From positions 126,054 through 190,053 of the forward strand of contig CAWJKT010000003.1 of the NCBI GenBank assembly GCA_963843375.1: a stretch of 64,000 nt of DNA, read 5' to 3'. Numbering within the stretch: the stretch's first letter is position 1; every line of letters begins with the position of its first letter. Positions 12,496-23,949 of the stretch are shown here, piece after piece. A program made the position numbers and the translations under genes. Below the pieces are notes generated by a model, which was given only the letters and a program-made list of their open reading frames with translations, did no database searches and was not told the origin of the DNA. The DNA is from an uncultured Pseudomonadota bacterium. Lineage in GTDB: Bacteria; Oederibacteriota; Muellerivitia; Muellerivitales; Muellerivitaceae.

Positions 12496-13935
12496 TTGAA
12501 CCCGTTGACTATGACCGATTTTATTCGACGCCATATTGGGATTGCAGGTTTCCTCATCATTGTTTTATTTCAATTTCCCATTAGTCGAGCGAATGCCCTG
12601 TTTGACCGGGGCGGGGGCCTTGGAGTTGGCGCTAGGGCCATGGGGTTAGGCGGTGCTTTCGTCGCTGTCGCAGACGATGCCAGTGCGGTTTATTGGAATC
12701 CGGCCGGCCTTGTCCAATTGGATCGGCCAGAATTAGATGGGATGTACGGATCTTATTTTAATGATACGGAGCAGAATCTATTTTTCTCCTTTCAATATCC
12801 CTTGCCGGATGACATTCATCTAGCTATTAGCGACAATCATTTATTTTATTCCGATATTTCTGGATCCAGTGAGGACCAATATACAGGTTCGGTGGCTATC
12901 CCTCTTGATTTTGTTCCTCAAAAGCGGTTTTTATTAGGAGTTAATTTCCGCTATCTTTTTGCCAACTTAGGGACTGGAAATGGGAACGCCCAGGGTGTTG
13001 GAGTGGACTTGGGCCTTCTTTATAAAGATCCGTTCAAAGACAATTCTGAATTTAATGTAGGGGTTGTTTTGACGGATGTTTCCACCGCCATCAGATTTGG
13101 GGATACGGGGGTGGAACAAACGATCCCGGCTGTTTTGACGGCGGGGTTGGCATACAAATTTGACCCTTATACACTCATCGCGGCCGATGTTCCCTGGACA
13201 TTATCGGATGATATTTTATTGGGCAATCAAAATGTCCGGATTCGAAGTGGAGTAGAACATTGGTTTTTTGACGGAAAATTGGGATTGCGAGCTGGCTTTG
13301 TTAGTTTTGTAACGCTACCCGGAGAATTCAGCGTGGGGGCTAGTTATAAAACCGCCGATTGGTCCTTGGATTATGCATTCATGAATCATTCTGACGACCT
13401 TGGCGATAGTCACCGCATCGATGCGAATTATTATTTTAATTCGGGAACAGGGAAATCCGACCCGAAACCTTTCATGGAGAAATCCTTGGTGGGCGACCAA
13501 AAAATTTACTTGAAATGGGATATACCGGCAGGGAGTCAAGCGGATGGGTTCTTGGTTTATGTTAAGAGTGATAACGATAGGGATTTTCATCGGGCTAAAC
13601 AAGAACTTTTGAAAACAAAATATTGCCTCCTAAGAGGAGCCCAAAATGGGTTACGGTACCATGTTTATATTCGTGCCGTAGTTGGAGACCAAGAAAAGTT
13701 TTCGTCCGGAGAATGGGTCGTCGTCGCCCAACCCATGTTGGAGGAAGCGAAAAAATATTACGACCAAGGGGTGGAAGCGTTCGGTAAAAGCAAGGTTTCG
13801 ATTGCCCTTTATTCCGCCCGAAAAGCGGAAGAACTCGATCCCAATAACTACGATATCAAAGATCTGATCCAAAAATTGGAGACCACTCATCATGAGGGTT
13901 TGGTGCCTGAAGATGACCACCCGTTGACACCGTAG
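12496..13935 (+). CDS. PorV/UPF0164-like outer-membrane barrel protein with FnIII-like and TPR C-terminal domains
   Basis: GVGARAMGLGGAFVAVADDASAVYWNPAGL motif; beta-strand barrel ending DYAF..HRI; LKWD..GF.VY FnIII-like segment; helical tail. Confidence 0.78.
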   Translation: MNPLTMTDFIRRHIGIAGFLIIVLFQFPISRANALFDRGGGLGVGARAMGLGGAFVAVADDASAVYWNPAGLVQLDRPELDGMYGSYFNDTEQNLFFSFQYPLPDDIHLAISDNHLFYSDISGSSEDQYTGSVAIPLDFVPQKRFLLGVNFRYLFANLGTGNGNAQGVGVDLGLLYKDPFKDNSEFNVGVVLTDVSTAIRFGDTGVEQTIPAVLTAGLAYKFDPYTLIAADVPWTLSDDILLGNQNVRIRSGVEHWFFDGKLGLRAGFVSFVTLPGEFSVGASYKTADWSLDYAFMNHSDDLGDSHRIDANYYFNSGTGKSDPKPFMEKSLVGDQKIYLKWDIPAGSQADGFLVYVKSDNDRDFHRAKQELLKTKYCLLRGAQNGLRYHVYIRAVVGDQEKFSSGEWVVVAQPMLEEAKKYYDQGVEAFGKSKVSIALYSARKAEELDPNNYDIKDLIQKLETTHHEGLVPEDDHPLTP

Positions 13936-14020
13936 CTGTTGGTTCTGGAGCTATTGCATTCATGGCTTGTTTTGGAAGGTAACTTCTCGTAGAATAATTT
14001 GCCTAAGTATAGGTTAATGA

Positions 14021-14049
14021 CTCTGCCAAGAGCGGCAGGGTTTTTTTTT
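14021..14049 (+). terminator. Intrinsic terminator just upstream of purA
   Basis: CTCTGCC-aagagc-GGCAGGG followed by T9. Confidence 0.7.
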
Positions 14050-14058
14050 GTCCAATAA

Positions 14059-15396
<1,338 letters not shown>

Positions 15397-15469
15397 TCCC
15401 ATCAAAATCATTTACTTTGCAATTTTGGGTTAAAAAGTATATTTTCTGTGCCTTCCTAGGTTCTTGGGT

Positions 15470-15545
15470 GAGTCGTTAGCTCAGTTGGTAGAGCACCACA
15501 CTTTTAATGTGGGTGTCCCGGGTTCGAATCCCGGACGACTCACCA
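15470..15545 (+). tRNA. tRNA-Lys (anticodon TTT)
   Basis: 76-nt cloverleaf: acceptor GAGTCGT/ACGACTC, anticodon arm CCACA-CTTTTAA-TGTGG, GTTCGAATC T-loop, encoded CCA. Confidence 0.97.
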
Positions 15546-15650
15546 AAAAACCTTTGGAAATAGTGGCCTTTTGTAAATCATCTACCTGTTGAACCTCAAT
15601 CCTGCTTTTAGCTTCACAACGAAATGTAAAGTTGGAGTGGTGGAAAAATT

Positions 15651-16139
15651 GTGAACCTAAAAAGATTCGGGGTCATTGGGTCAGTTCTTCTTATGGTGAG
15701 TGTTTTTTCGCCTGTTGCAAATCTTATGGACCTTATACAAATAACGGGGGGCAGAATCTATTCTTGGCCCCGAAATGCGTCCTATGTCACCCATTCTTTT
15801 TTAGATACAGCAATTTTCTTGGTTGGTTCTTCTTGGTCATTAATTCTTACGCTGAGATGCAGATACAGGGATTTGACAATTGTTTCTTTGGGTCTAATTA
15901 TGGTTTTTATTTTCATGGTTTTCCAAATCCACACATATCTTTTTTACAACAGAACAACATTCATAGACGATGTAGAAACGCTCAGTTGTTTCCAATCGGC
16001 AAACAACCCGGAGATGATAATGAATACATTAGCGGATAAAACGGGTTATGGGTGGGGTTTGATACTTTATATTGTCGGAATTGGTTTGCTATTGTATACG
16101 GGTTATTCTGGACAGAAAAAACAAGTGAAGATTTCCTAA
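15651..16139 (+). CDS. Hypothetical membrane protein (about 4 TM segments)
   Basis: Hydrophobic segments ending in GYGWGLILYIVGIGLLL; co-oriented with the next genes. Confidence 0.55.
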   Translation: MNLKRFGVIGSVLLMVSVFSPVANLMDLIQITGGRIYSWPRNASYVTHSFLDTAIFLVGSSWSLILTLRCRYRDLTIVSLGLIMVFIFMVFQIHTYLFYNRTTFIDDVETLSCFQSANNPEMIMNTLADKTGYGWGLILYIVGIGLLLYTGYSGQKKQVKIS

Positions 16140-16148
16140 CGGTGAAAA

Positions 16149-16709
16149 ATGAAAAAATATTTCACGCTATGGCCCAGAATATCTACAAAGAATCTCCACT
16201 TTGGTGTGGTAAGAACTTTCCATTTAACCGTGCTAATGATTGTTGGTTTTGGCTGTACCGGTAGTTGGCGAAACGGAATTCCTTCCCAGGTGGATGTTTA
16301 TGATGTTTCTTCTTCGGCCCAAAACTACCCCAAGGTGCCCCCCGACCAAATCATCGTCTACCCCTCCAAGAAATTTGCCCCTAAACAGTATTTGGTCTTG
16401 GCCCGATTGAAATCTGGGGGAGATAGCAGATACGTTTCCCAAGAGGATCTATTCGAAGAATTCAAGGAAAAGGCCGGGGCATTGGGGGCGGACGCGGTTA
16501 TTATTTTGGAAACCACCACACCCGGGGAAGGAGTCCAAATTGTAACGGGCCAACAACCCATTAATGATCTTGGCTACGTCGTCCACTCGCATGATACTGG
16601 TATTACCGAAATTACCCCCAACCCCGATACCGGCCCCCCTAAAAAAATATTCAGAGGTTACGCTCTTGCGATTCGATCAATACTTCAAGATTCATCAGGA
16701 AAAGAGTAA
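16149..16709 (+). CDS. Putative lipoprotein with a YbjQ/DUF4156-like domain
   Basis: Lipobox-like GFGC; EEFKEKAGALGADAVII motif. Confidence 0.6.
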   Translation: MKKYFTLWPRISTKNLHFGVVRTFHLTVLMIVGFGCTGSWRNGIPSQVDVYDVSSSAQNYPKVPPDQIIVYPSKKFAPKQYLVLARLKSGGDSRYVSQEDLFEEFKEKAGALGADAVIILETTTPGEGVQIVTGQQPINDLGYVVHSHDTGITEITPNPDTGPPKKIFRGYALAIRSILQDSSGKE

Positions 16710-16710
16710 A

Positions 16711-17580
16711 ATGAAATATTTTATTGCGTCATGGCCCCTTAGATCCACAAAGACCATCACCATTCTTACCCTGATCCCCCTGCTTTTTCTCTTTTCGACT
16801 ATGCCGGCGGCCGCCTGGGGCCCTGTTGGCCATGAAACGGTGGCCTACATCGCCGCGGATAATCTCACTTCGACCGCCAAACGGAAGATCACCGCAATCC
16901 TGGACCAGAAGGACAACCTCGCAAGCATTTCTAATTGGGCAGACGAGATTAGGGAATCCCACCAATGGACAGCCCAATGGCATTACATTGACCTGCCGAT
17001 CCGAAAGGATATAACCGTCAAAGATGAAGAGGATTATTGTCCTTCCAGTAATTGCGTCGTGGACCAATTGCAGATTTTCGAGGGAACCCTCGGGGACGAA
17101 TCCAAACCCAGATCAAAGCGCTTGGAAGCCCTTAAATTTGTTGTCCATTTTATGGGCGACCTCCACCAGCCTCTACATTGCGCCGACGACAGCGACCGCG
17201 GGGGAAACGAGAAGGAAGTCCGGTTCAAGATGCCCGGCCGACGTGGCCACGGGGCAAAGATCAAATTACACGCCCTTTGGGACCGCCTGATTGAAACCCG
17301 AACAGAGGAAGATCCCCGGGAGTTGGCCACAGAGTTGGAAAAGAGGATTACAGACAATGAAAAGGCCTCTTGGCCCACCGGAGAGGAGAAAGATTGGGCC
17401 TTCGAAAGCTACATCATCGCTAAAACCCAGATTTACCCAGGTTTTGAACCAGGTCCCCAGGACTACACAGACACCCCCCTCCCAAGGGATTATTATCGTA
17501 AAATGAGGCCCATCGTGGACCAACAGCTTGAGAAGGCGGGGATCAGGCTTGCTTATGTTTTGAATGAGATTTTAAAGTAG
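16711..17580 (+). CDS. Secreted S1/P1 nuclease
   Basis: Signal peptide then WGPVGH, WAD, WHYID, HFMGDLHQPLH and LHALWD zinc ligands; ATG 16711 follows the previous stop. Confidence 0.93.
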   Translation: MKYFIASWPLRSTKTITILTLIPLLFLFSTMPAAAWGPVGHETVAYIAADNLTSTAKRKITAILDQKDNLASISNWADEIRESHQWTAQWHYIDLPIRKDITVKDEEDYCPSSNCVVDQLQIFEGTLGDESKPRSKRLEALKFVVHFMGDLHQPLHCADDSDRGGNEKEVRFKMPGRRGHGAKIKLHALWDRLIETRTEEDPRELATELEKRITDNEKASWPTGEEKDWAFESYIIAKTQIYPGFEPGPQDYTDTPLPRDYYRKMRPIVDQQLEKAGIRLAYVLNEILK

Positions 17581-17824
17581 GAAAGGGAAGTTGTTTATCC
17601 AATCGTTTAAACTGAAACCACTGCGGGCAAAGAAGCGGGATGGCAAAGAAACCAAATCCAGAAGCCTAATGTGCTGGGTTGAAGTTTAAGAATAGTTCCG
17701 GGGCAAGAAAATGGTATAAAATGAAGGTCCCGTCGGTCCACAAGAAGATGTAGCGGACCTAAAAATGATTCAGAACAAATCGATTATAGTAGTTCATAAA
17801 ACATTAATTAGAAGAGAGGATGTT

Positions 17825-18409
17825 ATGTCGCCTACTCCCTCAACGATGCTGCCTCTGGGATCGCAAATCCCTAATTTTAAGGTTTTGGATGTAACGACCG
17901 AAAAGTGGCTTACTAAGGATGATTTTTCTCCTCGCCATTTGTTGCTGGTCATGTTTATCTGCAGACATTGCCCTTACGTAAAACATGTTCAGAATCAATT
18001 GGCCTTGTTGGGCGGGGATTACATCCCTAAGGATGTTGGGATTATCGCCATCAGTTCCAATGACGCGGAGCATTATCCTGATGACTCCCCCAAGAGTTTG
18101 CGAGAAATGGCCCAAAATCTCAAATTTAATTTCCCAATAGGTTATGATGAAACCCAGGCGGTTGCTAAGGGTTTTCGGGCAGCCTGTACACCTGAGTTTT
18201 ACTTATTCGATAACACTCGTCGATTGATTTATCGGGGTCAATTAGACGAAAGTCGGCCGAAAAATGATGTTCCCGTGACTGGAGGCGATTTAAGGGCCGC
18301 AATGGACGCTGCCTTGTCAGGAAATAGGGTTAATTCTGATCAAAAACCTGGAATCGGTTGTAACATCAAGTGGAAACCTGGCAACGAACCGGATTACTTT
18401 TCTCGTTAA
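17825..18409 (+). CDS. Thioredoxin-like (AhpC/TSA family) protein
   Basis: FICRHCPYV, ISSND..YP.DS, A.CTPEF and IGCNIKW; GAGGA RBS before ATG 17825. Confidence 0.9.
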   Translation: MSPTPSTMLPLGSQIPNFKVLDVTTEKWLTKDDFSPRHLLLVMFICRHCPYVKHVQNQLALLGGDYIPKDVGIIAISSNDAEHYPDDSPKSLREMAQNLKFNFPIGYDETQAVAKGFRAACTPEFYLFDNTRRLIYRGQLDESRPKNDVPVTGGDLRAAMDAALSGNRVNSDQKPGIGCNIKWKPGNEPDYFSR

Positions 18410-18462
18410 AAACGCCTTATAAACCTAAACTTTCTCGTGTTTCCATTGATTTCATAGTATAA

Positions 18463-20990
18463 TTGATGTCCAGTTGTTTCCACCCTTATCCGAAGGGGCT
18501 TGGATTGAACGTTCCCCATCAACTTAAAACTTTTTTGGATGATGTCCTCCTGAAAGCCGTTAGCGATATCGGGGAAGGCGTCATCGTTTTAGATTTTCCT
18601 CGAATTATTTATTCCAATGAGGCTTTTTGCAAGATGGCCGGATTTGAGGAAGATGAGCTTACTTCCCATCCGTCCTTTTTTGATTTAATCCCCATGGAAA
18701 ATAGAGAATTCGATAAAAGAAAAAGTTCGTTTTTTTATAAAAAACAAGCAATCGTTCTGGACGCTTCGAAACGGTGCTCCAAGGGTAAAACAGGGAAAAC
18801 ATTACAAATCGAATTGACTCTAAACTCCATTGATGATGGGGAACAAAATAGAATATTTTCGATTGTCCGTGACATCACCGAGCAAAAAACCCTAAAAAAT
18901 CTTTTGGAGACGCAGGGAGTTCAATACGAACTTCTTTTTCAAAGTAATCCGCATCCTATGTGGATTTATGATTTGGATACACTCTCCATTTTAACCGTCA
19001 ATGATTCCGCAATTCAAAAGTATGGATTTACCTTTCATGAATTTTTAAGCTTATCTATCAAGGATGTCCGGCCGCCTCAAGACGTTCCTGAACTTTTAAA
19101 TCGAATTAATCAATTTAAAGAAAGTTCAGCCGTTATCCGAGAGGTGGTCCGGCACAGGACGAAAAACGGGGCAATTATCGATGTTGAGGTGATGTCCCAT
19201 CCGATTAGTTTTGGTGGTAAAAAAGCACGAGTGGTGATGGTTTCGGATTTAACCGATCATAAAAAAGCCGAAATGGCTCTTCAAGAAAGCGAGGAAAAGT
19301 TTCGGGTTCTATTCAACAACGCCATCGATCCGATTCTTTTATTCGAGGTATCGGATGATGGTGTACCTGGGAAATTTCTTGAAGTGAACGATATTGCCTG
19401 TTCCAAGCTTGGATATACCCGAGAAGAATTGCTTGAGATGAATCTTTTTGATATTTCCGCATCCGGAGGACCTAAACGATCTTCCGAGAATATTTAAAAA
19501 GCTTTTACAACAAGAACACGCTACTTTCGAAAAAATTCATATCGCGAAGAATGGGTTGAAAATTCCGGTAGAAATCAATTCCCATGTTTTTCATTGGAAT
19601 GGAAGGCGCTTTGTTCAGGCCATTGCCCGCGATATTACCGATCGCAAAAGAGCCGAAGAAACAATCCGCCGACAAGCTTATTATGATGTTTTAACGAATC
19701 TTCCCAATCGAAATCTTTTTAAAGACCGATTGGAACAAGCTATGAAACAGGCCCATCGAAATAAACAAATCCTGGGCGTGATCGTTCTTGATCTGGACCG
19801 GTTCAAAAACATCAATGAGACTCTCGGCCACATTTTAGGGGATAAATTGCTTGTCGCGGTGGCCGAAAGACTTTTAGGAGTTCTGAATGAAAGCGAAACC
19901 ATTGCCCGATTTGGGGGCGATGAATTTACTCTTATTACTGCCCCAAGTTATCAGCATTGAGGAAGCCACTCAACATGCCCAAAAAATTATTGAACTTCTG
20001 GCCGCTCCTTTCAAATTAAGCAATCATGAGCTGCACGTGACAACGAGTATTGGAATGGCTTTTTACCCGGATGATGGTGAAAATTCCGAGATTCTTTTGA
20101 AAAACGCTGAAACCGCTATGTACCGTGCAAAGGAACAGGGCCGCAACAACTATCAACTTTATGCGTCGGTTATGAATGTCAGCGCTTTTAAGCAATTGTT
20201 AATGGAAAATAGTCTTCGTCGTGCTTTGGAAAAAGAAGAGTTCGTTGTTTATTACCAACCCCAGATTGACATTAAGACTCAACGGCTTGTTGGGGCTGAA
20301 GCCTTGGTACGTTGGCAGCATCCTGACCTTGGGCTGGTTTTTCCAACTGAATTCATCGGACTTGCAGAAGAAACGGGGTTGATTGTTCCGATCGGTGAGT
20401 GGGTTATTCGGAAAGTTTGCGCCCAAAACAAAAAATGGCAGGATGCTGGATTTGAAAAAGTTTGCATTTCCGTCAACCTTTCCGCCCGACAATTTCAGCA
20501 AAGAAATTTGGTGGCTACTATTTCCCATATTCTTCAAGAAACGGCCTTGGATCCCCAGTATCTGGGAATGGAAATCACGGAATCTATCGCCATGAAAAAC
20601 GCGGATTTCACGATTTCGGCTTTGAATGAATTGAAAAAAATGGGAGTCCATTTATCTCTGGATGATTTTGGAACAGGTTATTCATCTCTTAGTTATTTGA
20701 AAAGATTCCCTTTGGAAACTTTGAAGATTGACCGTTCATTTGTCAGGGACATCACGACGGATCCTAATGATGCGGCTATCGTTACTGCTGTGATTGCGTT
20801 GGCTCATAGTCTTAAGTTGAATGTGGTTGCCGAGGGAGTTGAGACGGACGGCCAGTTGAGCTTTTTGAAAAACCATGATTGTAACCACGTACAAGGGTAT
20901 ATTTTCAGTCACCCATTGTCGGAAGAAAATTTCTTGAAAACGTTGAAGAATTATCGCCAAAAACTTAAGTGGAACGCCGCCTGCTTTTGA
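18463..20990 (+). CDS. Multi-PAS GGDEF-EAL c-di-GMP enzyme; split by two frameshifts (~19470, ~19930)
   Basis: Three PAS-like repeats; YD.LT.LPNR, DLDRFK.IN, RFGGDEF; EALVRW and DDFGTGYSSL across ORFs 18463..19497, 19448..19960 and 19887..20990. Confidence 0.9.
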
Positions 20991-21429
20991 GGGCGCGTTC
21001 GATGTCCCGATTGGCCTCTTTTTCTTTTAGCTTATCCCGCTTGTCCTTGACGTTTTTTCCTTTTGCCAATGCCAATTGAATCTTTACTTTTCCGCCTTTG
21101 AAATAAAGTTTTACCGGAACCATACTAAGTCCCTTTTCGTGAACACGGGCCGCCAGACGATTGATCTCATTTCGGTTCAATAAAAGTTTTCGAACGCGCG
21201 TGGGATCCGGATTGTAGCGGTTGCCTTGCTCATAAGGGGAAATATGCATTCCATACAGGAATATTTCGTTATTTTCAACCCTGGCGAAACTTTCCTGCAA
21301 ATTGGCTTTTCCGTTTCGAATCGATTTTACCTCGCATCCAGCTAAGGCGATCCCGGTTTCAAGACTTTCCAAAATGAAGTAATCGTGGTGGGCCTTGCGG
21401 TTTTGAAGCGAAGGGGCTCGTTCAGGCAT
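20965..21429 (-). CDS. smpB: SsrA-binding protein
   Basis: NRKAHHDY, G.EVKSIR, R.RKLLL and KGK...DKR motifs. Confidence 0.97.
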   Translation of the reverse strand: MPERAPSLQNRKAHHDYFILESLETGIALAGCEVKSIRNGKANLQESFARVENNEIFLYGMHISPYEQGNRYNPDPTRVRKLLLNRNEINRLAARVHEKGLSMVPVKLYFKGGKVKIQLALAKGKNVKDKRDKLKEKEANRDIERALKSRRRST

Positions 21430-23471
21430 AAATCCTCGCGAGAGTCAATCGTTGAAAAACCATGTCGACGGTTAAAACTTGCACTTTTAACAAATCACCC
21501 ATTTGGATTTTGGATCCTCTTTTACCTCTTAAGACCATTGACGGCGCATCCAACTGATAATCGTCATCCGTTAGGTTTTCCAGAGGAATAAAACCCTCTA
21601 TTCCATAGGGGTTTAATTCCACATAGGCTCCATAGGGTGTTAAATGGCGGACAGGACCTTCGAACTTTTGATTAATCTTGTTTTCCATAAAGCGCAGTTG
21701 AAGGATTTTTTGGCTTTCTCTTTCGGCCTTTTCAGCGATTCTTTCCTGTTCGCTGCTATGCAGGGCTATTTTCTCCAGGGGCTTGGCTTGGCCAATGATT
21801 TTTTCAGTTTGAAGAGCTTTTTTTAAAGCTCGATGAACCATCAAATCCGGAAAACGGCGGATAGGGGAAGTGAAATGGCAGTACGATTTTAAGGCCAAGC
21901 CAAAATGGCCCGCGTTTCGGGTGGAATAAACCGCCAATTTGAGGGACCTCAAAGCCAGATTGGAAACAACCGCCTCATAAGGACCGCCTTTCACAGATTT
22001 GAGGAGTGTTTGAAGCCCCATCGGTGTGGTCAGGTCCAAGCCCTTGAAGGGAATGCGATAAGCTCCTAGGAAAGTAACTAATTCCTCCACGTCACTGTCA
22101 TTGGGCGGTTCGTGAATGCGGTAAACGGCTGGTATTTTCAATCTTTCCAAATGGGTGGCCACTGCTTCATTGGCCGCCACCATGAAGTCCTCGATGAGTT
22201 TATGGGTTTCCAGCCGTTCTTTTTTGCGGACATCGATCGACTTTCCCATTTTGAAGAACGGCTCGAACCTCGGGAAAATCAAAATCGAGTGAACCACTGG
22301 CTTCCCGTTGTTTGCGGATCCAGCGTGAAATTTTGACCATATCGGCTAGTACTTGCTTAAAGGGAGCGTATTTAGCTTGGACGGCTTCGGAGGCGGTTCC
22401 ATCCAAAAACTGTTGGACTTCCTCATAAATGCCCCGGCATCGGCTTTGAATGACGGACTGGGCAAAACCCGCCTTAATGAATTGCCCCGTGGGACTGTAA
22501 GTCAAAAAAGCACTAAGAGTGAGGCGGGGAACTCCTTCCCGAAGGGAACACAACCCGTCGGAAAGAGAATAGGGAAGCATTGGCAAGACTCTGTCCGCAA
22601 GGTAAAGGCTCGTGCCCCTGATCCTGAGCTTCCTCATTTAAAGGGGTGCCCTCCCGCACATAGTGAGACACATCAGCGATATGGACACCCAACTGGTAAT
22701 TGCCGATGGAGTTAATCTCCAACGAAATGGCATCGTCAAAATCCTTGGCGTCGGCCCCGTCGATGGTCATGACCGAGCATGTTCCGGAGATCGAGCCTTC
22801 CTTGCCAATCGCTTTCGTTTGGGTTTTCAGGCAATCCCGCCACTTGGGATTCCACTGGTTTTGGGAAAGAATCTGGCCATTGGTACTTGCGGATAACGGA
22901 TTTGATATCGACCCCGGGGTCTTCGGGAAAACCCAGGATTTCCACCAATTGCCCTTCCATTGGGCCGTCTCCTGGCCATTTGGTGATTTTAACTACGGCT
23001 TTTTGCCCGACCTGTCCCTTGAGCGATCCCCGCCTCAGAAGAATGGGTTGGGTTACTCGGAAATCATCAGGTTTTAGAGAGAAAATTCCGTTTTCTTTTA
23101 TGAGGGTGCCCACCAATTCTTCGTGGGCTCTTTTAACGATTGAAACAATGGTGGCCGAAAATTTTCCTTCTTTAAAAAACGAATCCTTGCCCACTCGAGC
23201 TTTGACCGTATCCCCGTTCAAAATTCCTCGCATTTCCCGGGGAGGAACAAAGGCGTCGGGTGAGCCATCCTCGGGAACAAAAAACCCAAAACCTTTTTCG
23301 TTTGCCTGGACCTTACCGATCAGTTCCCGGGCACCGGGATCCGGATGAGGGCGTCTCTTTCCGGCTTTGGAGGAAGAGCGGTGATGTTGGGCGGGACCGG
23401 AACGACTATGAAAATGACTTTTTGAATGTTTATCTTTTTTTTGTTTTCTCTGACTGATGTTTCTTCGGCAA
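21422..23471 (-). CDS. rnr: Ribonuclease R (RNB family); split by several frameshifts
   Basis: KGFGF cold-shock part, [33 protein letters not shown] and S1 domain over consecutive minus ORFs; upstream of smpB; start inferred at TTG 23471 after AAAGGA. Confidence 0.9.
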
Positions 23472-23602
23472 TGAGAGATCCTTTAATCAAATGTTAATAA
23501 AAGATTTTTGAGGTTGGACCACCAGTTTTCATGGATCGAAATCATGTGATGGGTGACCGAAGTTAGGCGGGAAAGTTCCAAAAACCCTCAAAAGCGCGTT
23601 GC

Positions 23603-23631
23603 TTGACAGCAAATATGCCCTACTTTATACT
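23603..23631 (+). promoter_or_regulatory. sigma70-type promoter of tRNA-Leu
   Basis: TTGACA-N17-TATACT followed by a GC-rich discriminator. Confidence 0.85.
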
Positions 23632-23677
23632 ACGGCCTCCCCTGAAACAAGTCCCTCAACCTTAGTGATTGTTGTAA

Positions 23678-23764
23678 GCGGAAGTGGCGAAATTGGCAGA
23701 CGCACTAGATTCAGGTTCTAGCGGGGGCAACCTCATGGGGGTTCAACTCCCCCCTTCCGCACCA
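23678..23764 (+). tRNA. tRNA-Leu (anticodon CAG)
   Basis: Acceptor GCGGAAG/CTTCCGC, anticodon arm CTAGA-TTCAGGT-TCTAG, long variable arm, encoded CCA. Confidence 0.96.
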
Positions 23765-23949
23765 CCCTTTTTGATGTTTTTGATAATTCCCTGAGTTCGC
23801 TACTTAAGTTGGACCAGAAGGTGTTTGATTCGATAATTGGGGTTTGAAATTCGGTTCGAACATGGGTGACTATTATTCTCGTCCTTAGGTTTTAAAAATG
23901 ATCTCCAAATAAAAAAAACGTTCCCACCGAGGGGGTTAGTCGGTTTCGC

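Noticed and set aside
13975..14049. Fluoride or purine riboswitch upstream of purA
   Set aside because: TAATGACTC resembles the fluoride motif 3' part, but the 5' GATGGAGT-type partner is missing; the purine aptamer loops are absent.
17620..17712. Repeated GGCAA(A)GAA as a c-di-GMP riboswitch
   Set aside because: No convincing paired stems or tetraloop/receptor arrangement.
15546..17760. Integrative element at tRNA-Lys
   Set aside because: Genes look accessory, but I see no integrase and no duplicated tRNA 3' end.
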